From positions 1,152,001-1,216,000 of the forward strand of contig OZ245003.1 of NCBI GenBank assembly GCA_965223425.1: a DNA stretch of 64,000 bases, read 5' to 3'. The position numbers and the translations under genes were made by a program. The stretch comes from Nitrosopumilus sp. (GTDB lineage Archaea; Thermoproteota; Nitrososphaeria; Nitrososphaerales; Nitrosopumilaceae). Shown here one piece after another: positions 49,557-60,569 of this stretch (the stretch's first letter is position 1; each line of letters opens with the position of its first letter). Under the pieces are notes generated by a model, which saw nothing but the letters and a program-made list of their open reading frames with translations, was not told the origin of the DNA and did no database searches.

Positions 49557-52151
49557 GTAATCTTATGTGCCCCGATCAAGGAAATCAGATGATAAGAGTG
49601 GTTCTGGTTCAAAAAACAGAGCCGTAGTTAGCACATTAAATAATTGAACATTTTCACAGGCAGGATCTCCTTTCTGGCAAACAGCTTGCGTACTGACTGC
49701 TCCATCTCATCTAGCGTGCCAAACACTTTTGCAGACAGTACCCGTTTTATCACCCTCCACTGCATCTCAATGGGATTAAGCTCCGGCGTGTACGGCAGCA
49801 GGTACTCCAGAACTATCTCGCCGTTGTATCTTTCCAGAAACTCCTTTACCTTTTTGGATTTGTGATATGACGCATTGTCTACAAACAGCAGCACCTTGCC
49901 GAATCTTTTGTGAACCCGTTCCAAAAAGTTGCAAAAGCTGTCGCTGTTTGACTTTTCATAAAACATAAAGTAAAATGCGTTTGCCGCCAAAGCTCCAAAG
50001 ATGTATCTTCTTTCGCGTGACAAAACAGAGGGGGATGTGGCGCGCTTGCCGCGCCTTCTCCACCCGTAGCCGGGCCTGTTTGATGCCTTTTGAATCGAGG
50101 ATGCATCGCCGGCCAGTACGGTGTATCCCTGCGCCGACTTTTCTGCAACGAGTTTTTTTGCCCGCTCCTGAAACTCTTTTTGCTTTCTTTTTGAGGCTGA
50201 TCTTGGGTTTTTTGGACGCGCCTTGCTCCACGAAAAGCCCATCTCCCTGACCAGCTGCAGCGCGCCTGTCTTGCTGTACTGCACGCCGAACTTTTTCTTG
50301 ATGTGCAGCCTTACCAGGTTGGAATCCCACAGGCTGCTCTCAAAGCCGCATGATTCCGGCCCCGCATCCAGGTCTGCTGCAAGCTGTCTTGCCTGCGGCC
50401 CGCCTATCAGGTGCTTTCGTCCCCTGCCGCTGCGCTCGAACCTTGCGCGTATTCCCTCGTCCTGTGCGCGGTTGAGCCATGCAGATATGGTGGACTTGGG
50501 CCTTCCCAGCATCCTTCCAATCCTGTCTAGCGGCACGCCGTCCTTGCGCTGCATGTACGCAAGCAGCCTGTCGCGCCTTCTGGGATCGGTCTCTTTTTTG
50601 TATGCCCTTTTGAGGTCTGCAACGCTGGTGTTTGGCAGAAATTTTGCCCCCCTTGCAACCTGTCTCTTTTTTTGTTTGTACATGCAGTGTGTGCGGTATG
50701 GCCTGTCTTGGATCTTTTGGCCAAAAATAATTGTCAAAATGGTTCAGGTTTTTTATGTACTTACTACGGTACTGCAAAGATCAGAAATGCAAACAAACAC
50801 ACAACCCCAGATCCGAGGATATGCATGTCAGCTGTCTTTGTCGGCCTGGATGTCCACAAGAAGACCATCCAGATGTCAGTCATGGATGAAAACGGCGAGG
50901 AACTGCTCAACAAAGAGATAGCAAACACAGCCGAAGACATCAGGTACAACATAGGCTGTTTGCACAAGGACTCTAAGCTTGTGATGGAGTCCTCGTCTGT
51001 TGGAAGGCGCCGTTCTTTCAGACAAGAGACGAGCTAAGCATGGACGTGTCGCTATCAAACCCGTACACCACCAAGCTCATAGCAGAGTCCAAAAAGAATA
51101 CTGACAAGGTGGATGCCAGAATTCTGGCAGACATGCACAGGGGAGGATACATAGTATCGTGCCACGTACCCACGTTGCAGAACATGAACAACAGGGACCT
51201 GGTGAATTACCGGCACAACCTGGTACGCCACAGGACAGGACTGAAGAACTCCATACACGGCATACTGCTGCAGAGATCGATTCGGCCTGACGGCAAGCCG
51301 TTTTGCGGGCCATGGATTGCGCAGGTTCGAAAGATAAGCGACTATAGGATAGACTCGTACCTGGACACGATAAACAGCATAAACGACAAGATACTCCAGT
51401 CAGATGCAAGGGTGCGCCAGGCAGCAAAGGAGAACGAGGATGCAACTCTGCTGCAGACCGTTCCGGGTGTCGGGGCATACTCTGCACTGGTCATTGCATG
51501 TACAATAGACGGCATAGGAAGGTTCGTCAACTCGCACAAGCTGTGCTCTTATGTCGGCGTTGTTCCGTCTGTGAGATCCTCCGGCGAGTCCGTGCACTAT
51601 GGACACATAACGCACCATGGAAGCAGCATATGCAGGTGGGTTCTGACAGAGTGCGTCTTGTCGCATGTAAGGTATGCGCCAGAGTCTGACATTTCGATAT
51701 TCTACAAGAGGCTTGCAAAGAGGAGGGGCAAGGGACGTGCATCAGTGGCTGCTGCCTCAAAGCTGCTGCGAGTCATTTACCGGATGCTCAAGGAGAGAAG
51801 GGCGTTTGTTACAAATTACAGTCAGGATGCCAATTGCGATGAACTCGTTGAGGGACAGACCTAGTAGTCTGTATGCCTCGCCTTGTAATTGCATTATACC
51901 CTGATAAAAGAATGGAGAATGATACTGAGGGATTGCCTCTGTGATTGCCTCGGATGGATAACTGTTCGCCTCTTTGTTGTCTTGGGCCTTTGCGGTCTGG
52001 AAATAATCCTAGCTTGTGCCGTACCTGTCAGGATGAAAAATGTTGGGAATTCTTATAAGGATGGCACATGGATATGAGTTCACCTACTCTGCGTAAACAA
52101 CACAAATTCCGTAAAATTCGCGCCTATTTGTAAGGGGCCGTGAACTCGTAC
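49557..52151 (+). mobile_element. IS66-like-ended composite carrying the frameshifted IS110, copy 2 (with nested IS630)
   Basis: TSD CCTACAAA at 49549-49556 and 52152-52159. IS110 pseudogene at 50825-51864 with the same frameshift as copy 1. Confidence 0.88.
49625..50766 (-). mobile_element. IS630-family element, copy 2 (intact ORF 49628-50737)
   Basis: TIRs present; GDAS/DNA/NPIE triad; CG duplicated relative to the empty site at 6811-6824. Confidence 0.95.
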
Positions 52152-52235
52152 CCTACAAAAGAAGGGGAAGTATGTTGTTCGATCTTGCATCCGAAACTTT
52201 GCAGAAGCTTCTGCAAGGTGTGGCTACTCATTCGA

Positions 52236-52445
52236 TTAGTTTGGCCCAATTTCTATTACGGAAATTTTCACATCAATGGCGTTTTTAGCTAACAATTCCT
52301 TGTGTCCTGGCAATGCTTCTATGAACATTTTTTTGAGTTCTTTGTCAGATTTTGCCGAGACGATAATCCCTGGGTATTCCACGCCTTGACCTACACAATA
52401 TCCATCATAGGATTGCTTTTTCATGTGCAATTTTTCCATCACCAT
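52236..52445 (-). CDS. HicB-like antitoxin (RNase H-fold domain only)
   Basis: DGYCVGQGVEYPGIIVSAKSDKELKKMFIEAL matches the HicB N-terminal pattern. Confidence 0.72.
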   Translation of the reverse strand: MVMEKLHMKKQSYDGYCVGQGVEYPGIIVSAKSDKELKKMFIEALPGHKELLAKNAIDVKISVIEIGPN

Positions 52446-52487
52446 ACTTTTGTAAAACTATTGACTTAATAGTGTTTGGTGTGAGAT

Positions 52488-53715
52488 GGTGCTGTCCAAA
52501 TTTTTCCCGGAAATTTCCAGAAAAGCTTATAGATCATGACGAAATCCTGCTGCAAGGCTTTTGGATCACGGGCTTGGCACCACGTCAATGTCAAAACGAC
52601 GAAAAAAGGGCAGGAAAAACGGACAGCATGACGCCCACGTCCGAAGGTACAGGATCCAGATGTGCCGGAACTATTCAGCATACGAGAAGAAGCGGAGGAG
52701 GGGCGAGGGCAACAAGATAGTGACGAGGATCAAAAAACTCAAAGAAATGATCCCCGCCGTCTTGGAGGGCGCCTCCGAGGACGAGACATCAGCACTATTG
52801 TGCGTGCTGGACATGGTGTTCCGTAACCACTCGTACAGGGTTCACGTCACGTACATGGAACTGCACCCGGGTACGGTAAACGCCTACGGCCTAAAAAGGA
52901 TTCCATCAAAATCGTCACTGCACAACATGGCAAAAGCGCTGTCAGCAGGACCGAGCAGCTCGCAGGACTGCTTCTGGCACAGGCAGGAGACGACGCGCGC
53001 GGCACCGTCATAGGCGACTCGTCTGGGTTCTCCATCATGAATTACGTGGACTGGGAGGACGCCAAGAAAGGACTCGTCTCAAGGCGCGAGTTTGACAAGC
53101 TGCACGTGCTGGTGGCCCCGCACGGCATGATATCTGCGTGCGAGGTGACGTACGGCAGAAAGCACGACTCGCCGGTGTTCTGCGACATGTACGGGAGGAT
53201 CCCGCACGGCGACACCGGCGGCCACGTCCTGCTGGATGCGGCATACCTCTCAAGGAAGAACTGCCGTATCATTGCAGACAGCGGAAGGGAGCCGGTCATA
53301 TGTCCCAAGAAGAACTCTGTTCCCAGGGGGTTTAACCCCATGGGAAAAATGCTTCGCTGGCACAGGGACGACCCGTGCGGGTTTGCAAAGGCCTACGGCC
53401 AGCGCAGCCTGGTGGAGAACACGTTTTCTGTCATGAAGGAGAGGTTCGGCGCAGTCGCCCGTGCAAGGACGGCATCCATGAGAAGGCTGCAGCTTGTCCT
53501 AAAGTGCATCTGCTACAACCTGGTCGCATAAGACTGCCGTAATGCGGAGAGGGCTTTCCCAGCGTAAGCTGTACTCCTGCTTGCCATTCTTTGGGACAAG
53601 GCACCTGATGACGGTGTCACCGGTATTCTTCTGGCATGGGCATCACCGATGCTTGCCTGTTTTTGCGCAAAAATCACGAAACATGTGATCGAAATCAGTC
53701 AATTTGGACAGCACC
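52488..53715 (+). mobile_element. IS5-family (IS903-like) element with 9-bp TSD and split transposase
   Basis: Perfect 15-bp TIR GGTGCTGTCCAAATT; TSD GTGTGAGAT; GDSSG, KLH, HDSP, LDAAY and RSLVENTFSVMKERFG motifs. Confidence 0.92.
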
Positions 53716-53857
53716 GTGTGAGATAACATTGCCCAAATTGAGAAAAAAATCGTAACAATTCGGATTTCTGGAGTGCCGTGCCTAAATTGGATGTAAAATC
53801 TGTGATTTTGATGTGTTTTACGCATGCAACTTCAGAAACTCGAACTGTTACAAAAAA

Positions 53858-54074
53858 TCAAATTGACCCTGTATTATGCAAACTGGCATTCTGTATGATA
53901 GTCTTCCATTTGTTAGAACCATCTACAAGAATACCTGCACATTCAGCAGGTGTCTCTTTGTTGATACCACCATGTTTTTTTGAGAAATTATAGAATGCTT
54001 GGAATCCGTCAAACAGCGGACTGTCCATCTTTTTTATTCCCCTGTATGCGACTTCTCTATCCCTGATTGTGCCA
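53858..54074 (-). pseudogene. C-terminal remnant of the IS6-like transposase of the 49385-56237 element
   Basis: Hand translation GTIRDREVAYRGIKKMDSPLFDGFQAFYNF..KHGGI..ETPAECAGI.V.G.NKW.TIIQNA aligns with the protein at 26020-26242. Confidence 0.8.
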
Positions 54075-55221
54075 TAGTTAGCATATTAAATAATTGAACA
54101 TTTTCACAGGCAGGATCTCCTTTCTGGCAAACAGCTTGCGTACTGACTGCTCCATCTCATCTAGCGTGCCAAACACCTTTGCAGACAGTACCCGTTTTAT
54201 CACCCTCCACTGCATCTCAATGGGATTAAGCTCCGGCGTGTACGGCAGCAGGTACTCCAGAACTATCTCGCCGTTGTATCTTTCCAGAAACTTCTTTACC
54301 TTTTTGGATTTGTGATATGACGCATTGTCTACAAACAGCAGCAGCACCCTGCCGAATCTTTTGTGAACCCGTTCCAAAAAGCTGCAAAAGCTGTCGCTGT
54401 CTGGCTTTTCATAAAACATAAAGTAAAACGCGCTTGCTGACAGGACTCCAAAGATGTATCTTCTCTTGCGTGACAAAACAGAGGGCGGGGATGTGGCGCG
54501 CTTGCCGCGCCTTCTCCATCCGTAGCCGGGCCTGTCTGGTGCCTTTTGAATCGAGGATGCATCGCCGGCCAGTACGGCGTATCCCTGCGCCGACTTTTCT
54601 GCAACGGGTTTTTTTGCCCGCTCCTGAAACTCTTTTTGCTTTCTTTTTGAGGCTGATTTTGGGTTTTTTGGACGCGCCCTGCTCCACGAAAAGCCCATCT
54701 CCCTGATCAGCTGCAGCACGCCTGCCTTGCTGTACTGCACGCCGAACTTTCGCCTGATGTGCAGCCTTGCGAGGTTGGAATCCCACAGGCTGCTCTCAAA
54801 GCCGCATGACTCCGGGCCTGCATCCAGGTCTGCTGCAAGCTGTCTTGTCTGCGGTCTGTCTATCAAACGCTTTCGTCCCCTGCCGCTGCGCTCGAACCTT
54901 GCGCGCATTCCCTCTTCCTGTGCGCGGTTGAGCCATGCAGATATGGTGGATTTGGGCCTTCCCAGCATCCTTCCGATCCTGTCTAGCGGCACGCCGTCCT
55001 TGCGCTGCACGTACGCAAGCAGCCTGTCGCGCCTTCTGGGATCGGTCTCCTTTTTGTATGCCCTTTTGAGGTCTGCAACGCCGGTGTTTGGCAGAAATTT
55101 TGATCCCCTGCAGCCTGTCTCTTTTTTTGTTTGTACATGCAGTGTGTGCGATATGGCCGGTCTTGGATCTTTTGGCCAAAAATAATTGTCAAAATGATTC
55201 AGTTTTTTTATGTGCATACTA
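54075..55221 (-). mobile_element. IS630-family element, copy 3
   Basis: TIRs and transposase ORF; CA on both flanks. Confidence 0.95.
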
Positions 55222-55419
55222 CATCTCTTCATACTTGTTTGCCATCTTTTCTATTGTCTGCTTTTGAATCAGATTTTCTGTGCGGAGCTGCTTGTACATT
55301 TTCTTGTAGTTGCGCGTATCCTTCAATATGACAGGTAAACCGAACTGGTATTTAGCTTGAGATGGTGATCAAAAATTGATCCATTGGGGAAAAATTAGGC
55401 ATGACGTGAACAGATACAA

Positions 55420-56196
55420 AAAATCAAATCTTATGGACAAACTGGAGGTGGTCAATTTGGGAAGGTTGTTTATTACAAGGACGAAAAAGGAAGTTATTCA
55501 ATAGTATCAGCATTAGACTGGTGGAATATATCCATGTTGGCAACAACGCATAGTGAACGACTGGGTTATCCTACACAGAAACCGCTTGAACTGTATGAAC
55601 GCATAACCAAGGCATCAAGCAATGAAGGGGACGTGGTACTTGATCCGTTTTGCGGATGTGCCACTACTTGTGTAGCTGCCGAGAAGTTAAACAGACAGTG
55701 GGTTGGAATAGACATCTGGGACAAGGCACACAAGGTAGTCATAGAACGTCTCAAAAAAGAGGGTTATCTGGCAGATACCGATGAAGAACGTGAGGATTTG
55801 ATACACACCAAGGGTAACATAACATACTCCAAAAAACCACTCATACGCACAGACGGGGGTTTTGAGGCAGTGCCATTTCTCGAGACAAAACTGAAACAAT
55901 TTGATGATATGGAGCGTGATCCATATAGCAACAAGGAGAAAAAATGCATGTTAGTGGAGCAATACGGATCGTATTGTCAGTGGTGTGGCTTTGAATTACA
56001 TGAAAGGTATCTTGAGCTGGATCACAGGGAGCCTAGATCAGACGGTGGATCAAACCTACTCAGAAACAGGATTCTGTTATGTGGGCCATGCAACAAGCTG
56101 AAAAGACATCTCTACACAATATCGTGGCTGAGAAACGAGAACAAGAAGCTGGGGTACATGGTAAATGAAAATGTACTTTTCAACCTGAAACAGTAA
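55420..56196 (+). pseudogene. 5'-truncated N4/N6 DNA methyltransferase fused to an HNH endonuclease
   Basis: DWW.I, GYPTQKP and VLDPFCGCATT, then CQWCG...LDHREPRSDGG.N...LLCGPCNKLK. The catalytic DPP motif is absent. Confidence 0.82.
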
Positions 56197-56274
56197 ACCC
56201 CTCATTAATGCTCAACACACGATAACTTGACAGAACCCATTATTCTTTTATTGTATTGATGGCTTGTTTCTTCT

Positions 56275-57273
56275 GTGCAAATAGGTATTTACGGTTCTGG
56301 AACTGCAGATATTGCAGCCAAGACGATAAGAAAAATTTTAGATGATGCCGGAATAAGCTCGTTTGTATTAACAAAGTCAAAGAGCAAACAGGCTGATTGT
56401 ATTGTTGTTTTAGGCGGCGATAAAGGGGTGCGAAATTATTTTCATAGAACGTTTGATTCTGCTTCTCCTGTATTGGGAATTAGTGAGGGTGAATCAAGTG
56501 GATTTTTGGCCCAAATAGATCTTCGAGAATTTTCATCTTATGTTGGCGTTTTAAAAAAACAAAAATACACTATTGAAAAAGTTCCACGTCTTGGTGTAAA
56601 AATAGATGGAAAAAATGTTTACCCGGTGCTAAACGATGTTGCTGTATTTTCCTCAAAAAGCGCAATGCTGATGGAGCATACTTTACATGTCAATGGTGAA
56701 GAAGTATGGCATGATAACAGCGATGGAATTATCGTATCCACCCCTATTGGATCTTCTGCCTATTCCATGTCTGCCGGCGGTCCTGTTTTGTTCCAGGACT
56801 CTGCGGTATTTGAGATAATTTCTGTAAACTCCCTTGATGTTACTAGAAGGCCCATCATTGTATCTAATGACAGCTCTATTGAAATTGATGACATTTTTGC
56901 GCGACTTCACTGTGAGGTGGTTCTTGACGGTTTGGATAGATACAAAGTAAACAAATCAGTTGAGTGTACCCAATTTTTTCCTCCTGCAAAAATCATTCGG
57001 CTTAAAAAAGATTCCACTGCTATTTCTGCCCTTGCAAAGAAAGTACACCTTGCCGAGGAGCTGCTTCGTATGCCTCCAAGCTCCAAATTACTTTTAAAAA
57101 CCTTGGAATACGAAGGTGCGCTAACTCAGAAAGACCTGGCAAACAAAACATTGCTCCCCGATAGAACCGTCAGGTTGGCGCTAAGCCATCTTTTGCAAAA
57201 AGGATACGTGAAAAAGAAAGTTTCAATCAGGGATGCCAGACAGAAAATTTATGAAATCTCAAAGATTGAGTAA
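56275..57273 (+). CDS. nadK: NAD kinase fused to a C-terminal wHTH
   Basis: LGGDKG, LNDV and SDGIIVSTPIGSSAYSMSAGGP motifs; LTQKDLA...RTVRLAL HTH. Confidence 0.9.
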   Translation: MQIGIYGSGTADIAAKTIRKILDDAGISSFVLTKSKSKQADCIVVLGGDKGVRNYFHRTFDSASPVLGISEGESSGFLAQIDLREFSSYVGVLKKQKYTIEKVPRLGVKIDGKNVYPVLNDVAVFSSKSAMLMEHTLHVNGEEVWHDNSDGIIVSTPIGSSAYSMSAGGPVLFQDSAVFEIISVNSLDVTRRPIIVSNDSSIEIDDIFARLHCEVVLDGLDRYKVNKSVECTQFFPPAKIIRLKKDSTAISALAKKVHLAEELLRMPPSSKLLLKTLEYEGALTQKDLANKTLLPDRTVRLALSHLLQKGYVKKKVSIRDARQKIYEISKIE

Positions 57274-57335
57274 TTTTTGAGAACTCTTTTTGGCCATTTC
57301 ACTTGTGCGTGATTTGTCGTTTCTTGTTGCTTCGT

Positions 57336-57382
57336 GGCTCTGGCGTATTTTGATGATCTGATCACTGTTTTGCACCAGAACC
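57336..57382. mobile_element. 47-bp minimal MITE, second copy
   Basis: GGCTCTGG-N9-ATGATC T GATCAC-N9-CCAGAACC. Confidence 0.6.
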
Positions 57383-57391
57383 ACCACACGT

Positions 57392-59901
57392 CAGTAGTTC
57401 CCAGATGTAGATTTACCGCAACCACAGCCAGCATCGGTTCTACCTGCCTCGATCATTGACAAACAACTCGTTCCTGCTTGTAATATGCACGATAAACAAC
57501 GCCATGGTAAGTTTTTCCCCCGCAGAAGACACTCCTCCATACATCTTTCCTGCATCAAGGCAGAACCTGGCAATCCTCCACAGGTTGTACAGAAGCAGCG
57601 GCAGATAAAACATCAGCAGCCTCACAGCCAGGGAGTTGCTGCATGTCCTGCCCATGATTTTCTTTATGACGCGAAACCCCGTCTCGATGCCCCATCTCTT
57701 GCGGTACTGCTCCGGTATGATGTCTGTCATGGCTCTGGCACTCCTGATGGGAATGTTTGTTGCAAATGCAATGTATTGCTCCTTCTCTTCCTCCTCCTCC
57801 CCCTCCTTTTTCTTCTTCCCGTCTCTTTTGACAATTACAAGGTTGTAGGTCACAGTTACGCCGTCCTTGTTGGTCATTGACTGCTGCGATACCTGGTTTG
57901 CCTTTCCGTCCTCGTACAGCTTGACTATCCTCTTGATCTTGGAGTTCATGATGACAGGCATGATGTAGCGGCACCCGCCCTTTCCTGCCTCTGTCATGCA
58001 GTCAACGTTGTAAAAGGCGCGGTCGTACAGGAACACAGTCTTTGAATGTGCGCCTCCTCTGAGGATTTTCGTGCGTGTTTTGGCGATAAAATCGGCCAGT
58101 TTCTCCTTTGCCGTAGTTAGCACATTAAATAATTGAACATTTTCACAGGCAGGATCTCCTTTCTGGCAAACAGCTTGCGTACTGACTGCTCCATCTCATC
58201 TAGCGTGCCAAACACCTTTGCAGACAGTACCCGCTTTATCACCCTCCACTGCATCTCAATGGGATTAAGCTCCGGCGTGTACGGCAGCAGGTACTCCAGA
58301 ACTATCTCGCCGTTGTATCTTTCCAGAAACTCCCTTACCTTTTTGGATTTGTGATATGACGCATTGTCTACAAACAGCAGCACCCTGCCGAATCTTTTGT
58401 GAACCCGTTCCAAAAAGCTGCAAAAGCTGTCGCTGTTTGACTTTTCATAAAACATAAAGTAAAATGCGTTTGCCGCCAAAGCTCCAAAGATGTATCTTCT
58501 TTCGCGTGACAAAACAGAGGGGGATGTGGCGCGCTTGCCGCGCCTTCTCCACCCGTAGCCGGGCCTGTTTGATGCCTTTTGAATCGAGGATGCATCGCCG
58601 GCCAGTACGGTGTATCCCTGCGCCGACTTTTCTGCAACGAGTTTTTTTGCCCGCTCCTGAAACTCTTTTTGCTTTCTTTTTGAGGCTGATCTTGGGTTTT
58701 TTGGACGCGCCTTGCTCCACGAAAAGCCCATCTCCCTGACCAGCTGCAGCACGCCTGCCTTGCTGTACTGCACGCCGAACTTTCGCTTGATGTGCAGCCT
58801 TGCGAGGTTGGAATCCCACAGGCTGCTCTCAAAGCCGCATGATTCTGGCCCCGCATCCAGGTCTGCTGCAAGCTGTCTTGTCTGCAGTCCGTCTAGCAGG
58901 TGCTTTCGTCCCCTGCCGCTGCGCTCGAACCTTGCGCGTATTCCCTCGTCTTGTGCGCGGTTGAGCCATGCAGATATGGTGGACTTGGGCCTTCCCAGCA
59001 TCCTTCCAATCCTGTCTAGCGGCACGCCGTCCTTGCGCTGCATGTACGCAAGCAGCCTGTCGCGTCTTCGGGGATCGGTCTCTTTTTTGTATGCCCTTTT
59101 GAGGTCTGCAACGGCCGGTGTTTGGCAGAAATTTTGCCCCCCTTGCAACCTGTCTCTTTTTTTGTTTGTACATGCAGTGTGTGCGGTATGGCCGGTCTTG
59201 GATCTTTTGGCCAAAAATAATTGTCAAAATGATTCAGTTTTTTTATGTGCATACTACGGCAGCAGCTTCGACTCTAGGACAACCTGCGAGGAGTCCCTGC
59301 CGACTCCGTGCACTGCGACATACGAGAGAAACGTGGATGTTCCTGCCTTTGGACGCGACTTTCTTGTATGCTCCTGCAGATGCTCCCCATGGTATGGCGT
59401 GTCCGTAACGTCTATTGCAATGGCGTCGATGTCCTGCAGCATTCCTGCACGGCCGGCGTGCCGTACCGTGCGTGCCAATGTCTTTGCACACCAGTCCTGC
59501 ACGTCTGCCGGTTCGACGCCACGGACTGCAGACATGACCAGGTCTGCATCAGGCGTACGTGCGCCCGTGTCTTGAAGCCTGCTGCGCCGTACGAGGGATT
59601 CTACAAACGTGTTTCTCTCAGACGCCCTGATTAGCACGTCCAGTATGTCGCCGCATCCGTATACGGCGTTGTGCCTCTCAGACATTGGCATGCCAAGCTT
59701 TTGAAACGACGAGCGCAAGATTTTAAACTGGTTTGATGCTATGTTGTACTGGTGTGCGATCGGATCGTCGTGTGTTTGATTGCTCATGACACCTTGCACA
59801 CCGTAACCTAATCTAGATCTTTGCATTGCAATATGCGGTAACGCACCGGCATCTGGGCACAAGCATACATCTGGGCACAAATCTACATCTGGGAACTACT
59901 G
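57392..59901 (-). mobile_element. ISH3-family element interrupted by IS630
   Basis: 23-bp perfect TIR CAGTAGTTCCCAGATGTAGATTT. Transposase 59787 to 57440 has IAIDVT, YDRAFY and YRKRWGIETGFR motifs. Confidence 0.9.
58114..59256 (-). mobile_element. IS630-family element, copy 4
   Basis: TIRs present and CG duplicated; removal restores the ISH3 frame (KLLP-AKEKL). Confidence 0.95.
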
Positions 59902-60356
59902 ATGTACGGGACACGGATTTTTCACAATCAAAGAAACTATATGGGACGTGAGAAAATCCAGTTCTTGGGTGTGGGCATCGTGATAGTACTTCCAGTACTG
60001 ATCACGTCTCTTATGACAATTCATTAGAGAACTCACATCCTCCCTGATCAATATGCGTGAAAAATCACAAAATTAGATCATTTGGTCGAATTTGGCGACA
60101 ACCCCCGCTCCACGTACTTTGCATTGTCTGTGGATGCCACTGTATTGGTTGACAGGCATGCCTGATCCAAGTGTCTTTTGGCGTAGCGATGTTTATCCCA
60201 ATGGCAAAAATTGTTGGCATCAGTCAGGTTTTAGGCGTGGTTATGCAACAGACTAACGTAATCGAAACCTACATTATATTGTGATTGTATCATAAAAATC
60301 GTAAGGTCAAAACAAGGCACGCATACGGTAGCGTGTTACTCTAACTGATTGTGATT

Positions 60357-60503
60357 TTATGCGTTATTTGTACTCTCAGAAATTATCTTTACATCATTAG
60401 TAGTGTCTACAAATTGTGATGCGGAACAAAAGCCTGCTGATCTCGAAAGATGTATTGGAGTTTTGTTTTGCTTCATTTTCAAATCATTATTACTTTTACT
60501 CAT
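60357..60503 (-). CDS. 48-aa peptide downstream of the second SDH protease (below the ORF-track cutoff)
   Basis: MSKSNNDLKMKQNKTPIHLSRSAGFCSASQFVDTTNDVKIISESTNNA, with TTTATATA about 25 nt upstream of the ATG. Confidence 0.55.
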   Translation of the reverse strand: MSKSNNDLKMKQNKTPIHLSRSAGFCSASQFVDTTNDVKIISESTNNA

Positions 60504-60569
60504 TAGTATATTTTCCCAATTTTATATATAAAAGAAATAGATACGTGAAATTTAACAGATTGTTACTCA

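Larger units (their letters stand above)
49443..52231 (-). pseudogene. HicA-like small gene split by the IS110-carrying composite
   Basis: The empty site reads in frame MSSHTLQKLLQSFGCKIEQHTSPSFVGVYNPINSKWISFQSSGNLPPEQVKLIIQTLRVWI; it starts 4 nt after the hicB-like stop. Confidence 0.6.
49385..56237. mobile_element. IS6-like cargo transposon (6.85 kb including nested ISs)
   Basis: 30-bp TIR GGTTCTGTCAAGTTATCGTGTG(C/T)TGAGCAT; TSD CATTATTC at 49377-49384 and 56238-56245. Confidence 0.9.

Noticed and set aside
49625-50766. TA target duplication for the IS630 copies
   Set aside because: Contradicted by the empty site at 6811-6824 and by the ISH3 reading frame at 58113/59257.
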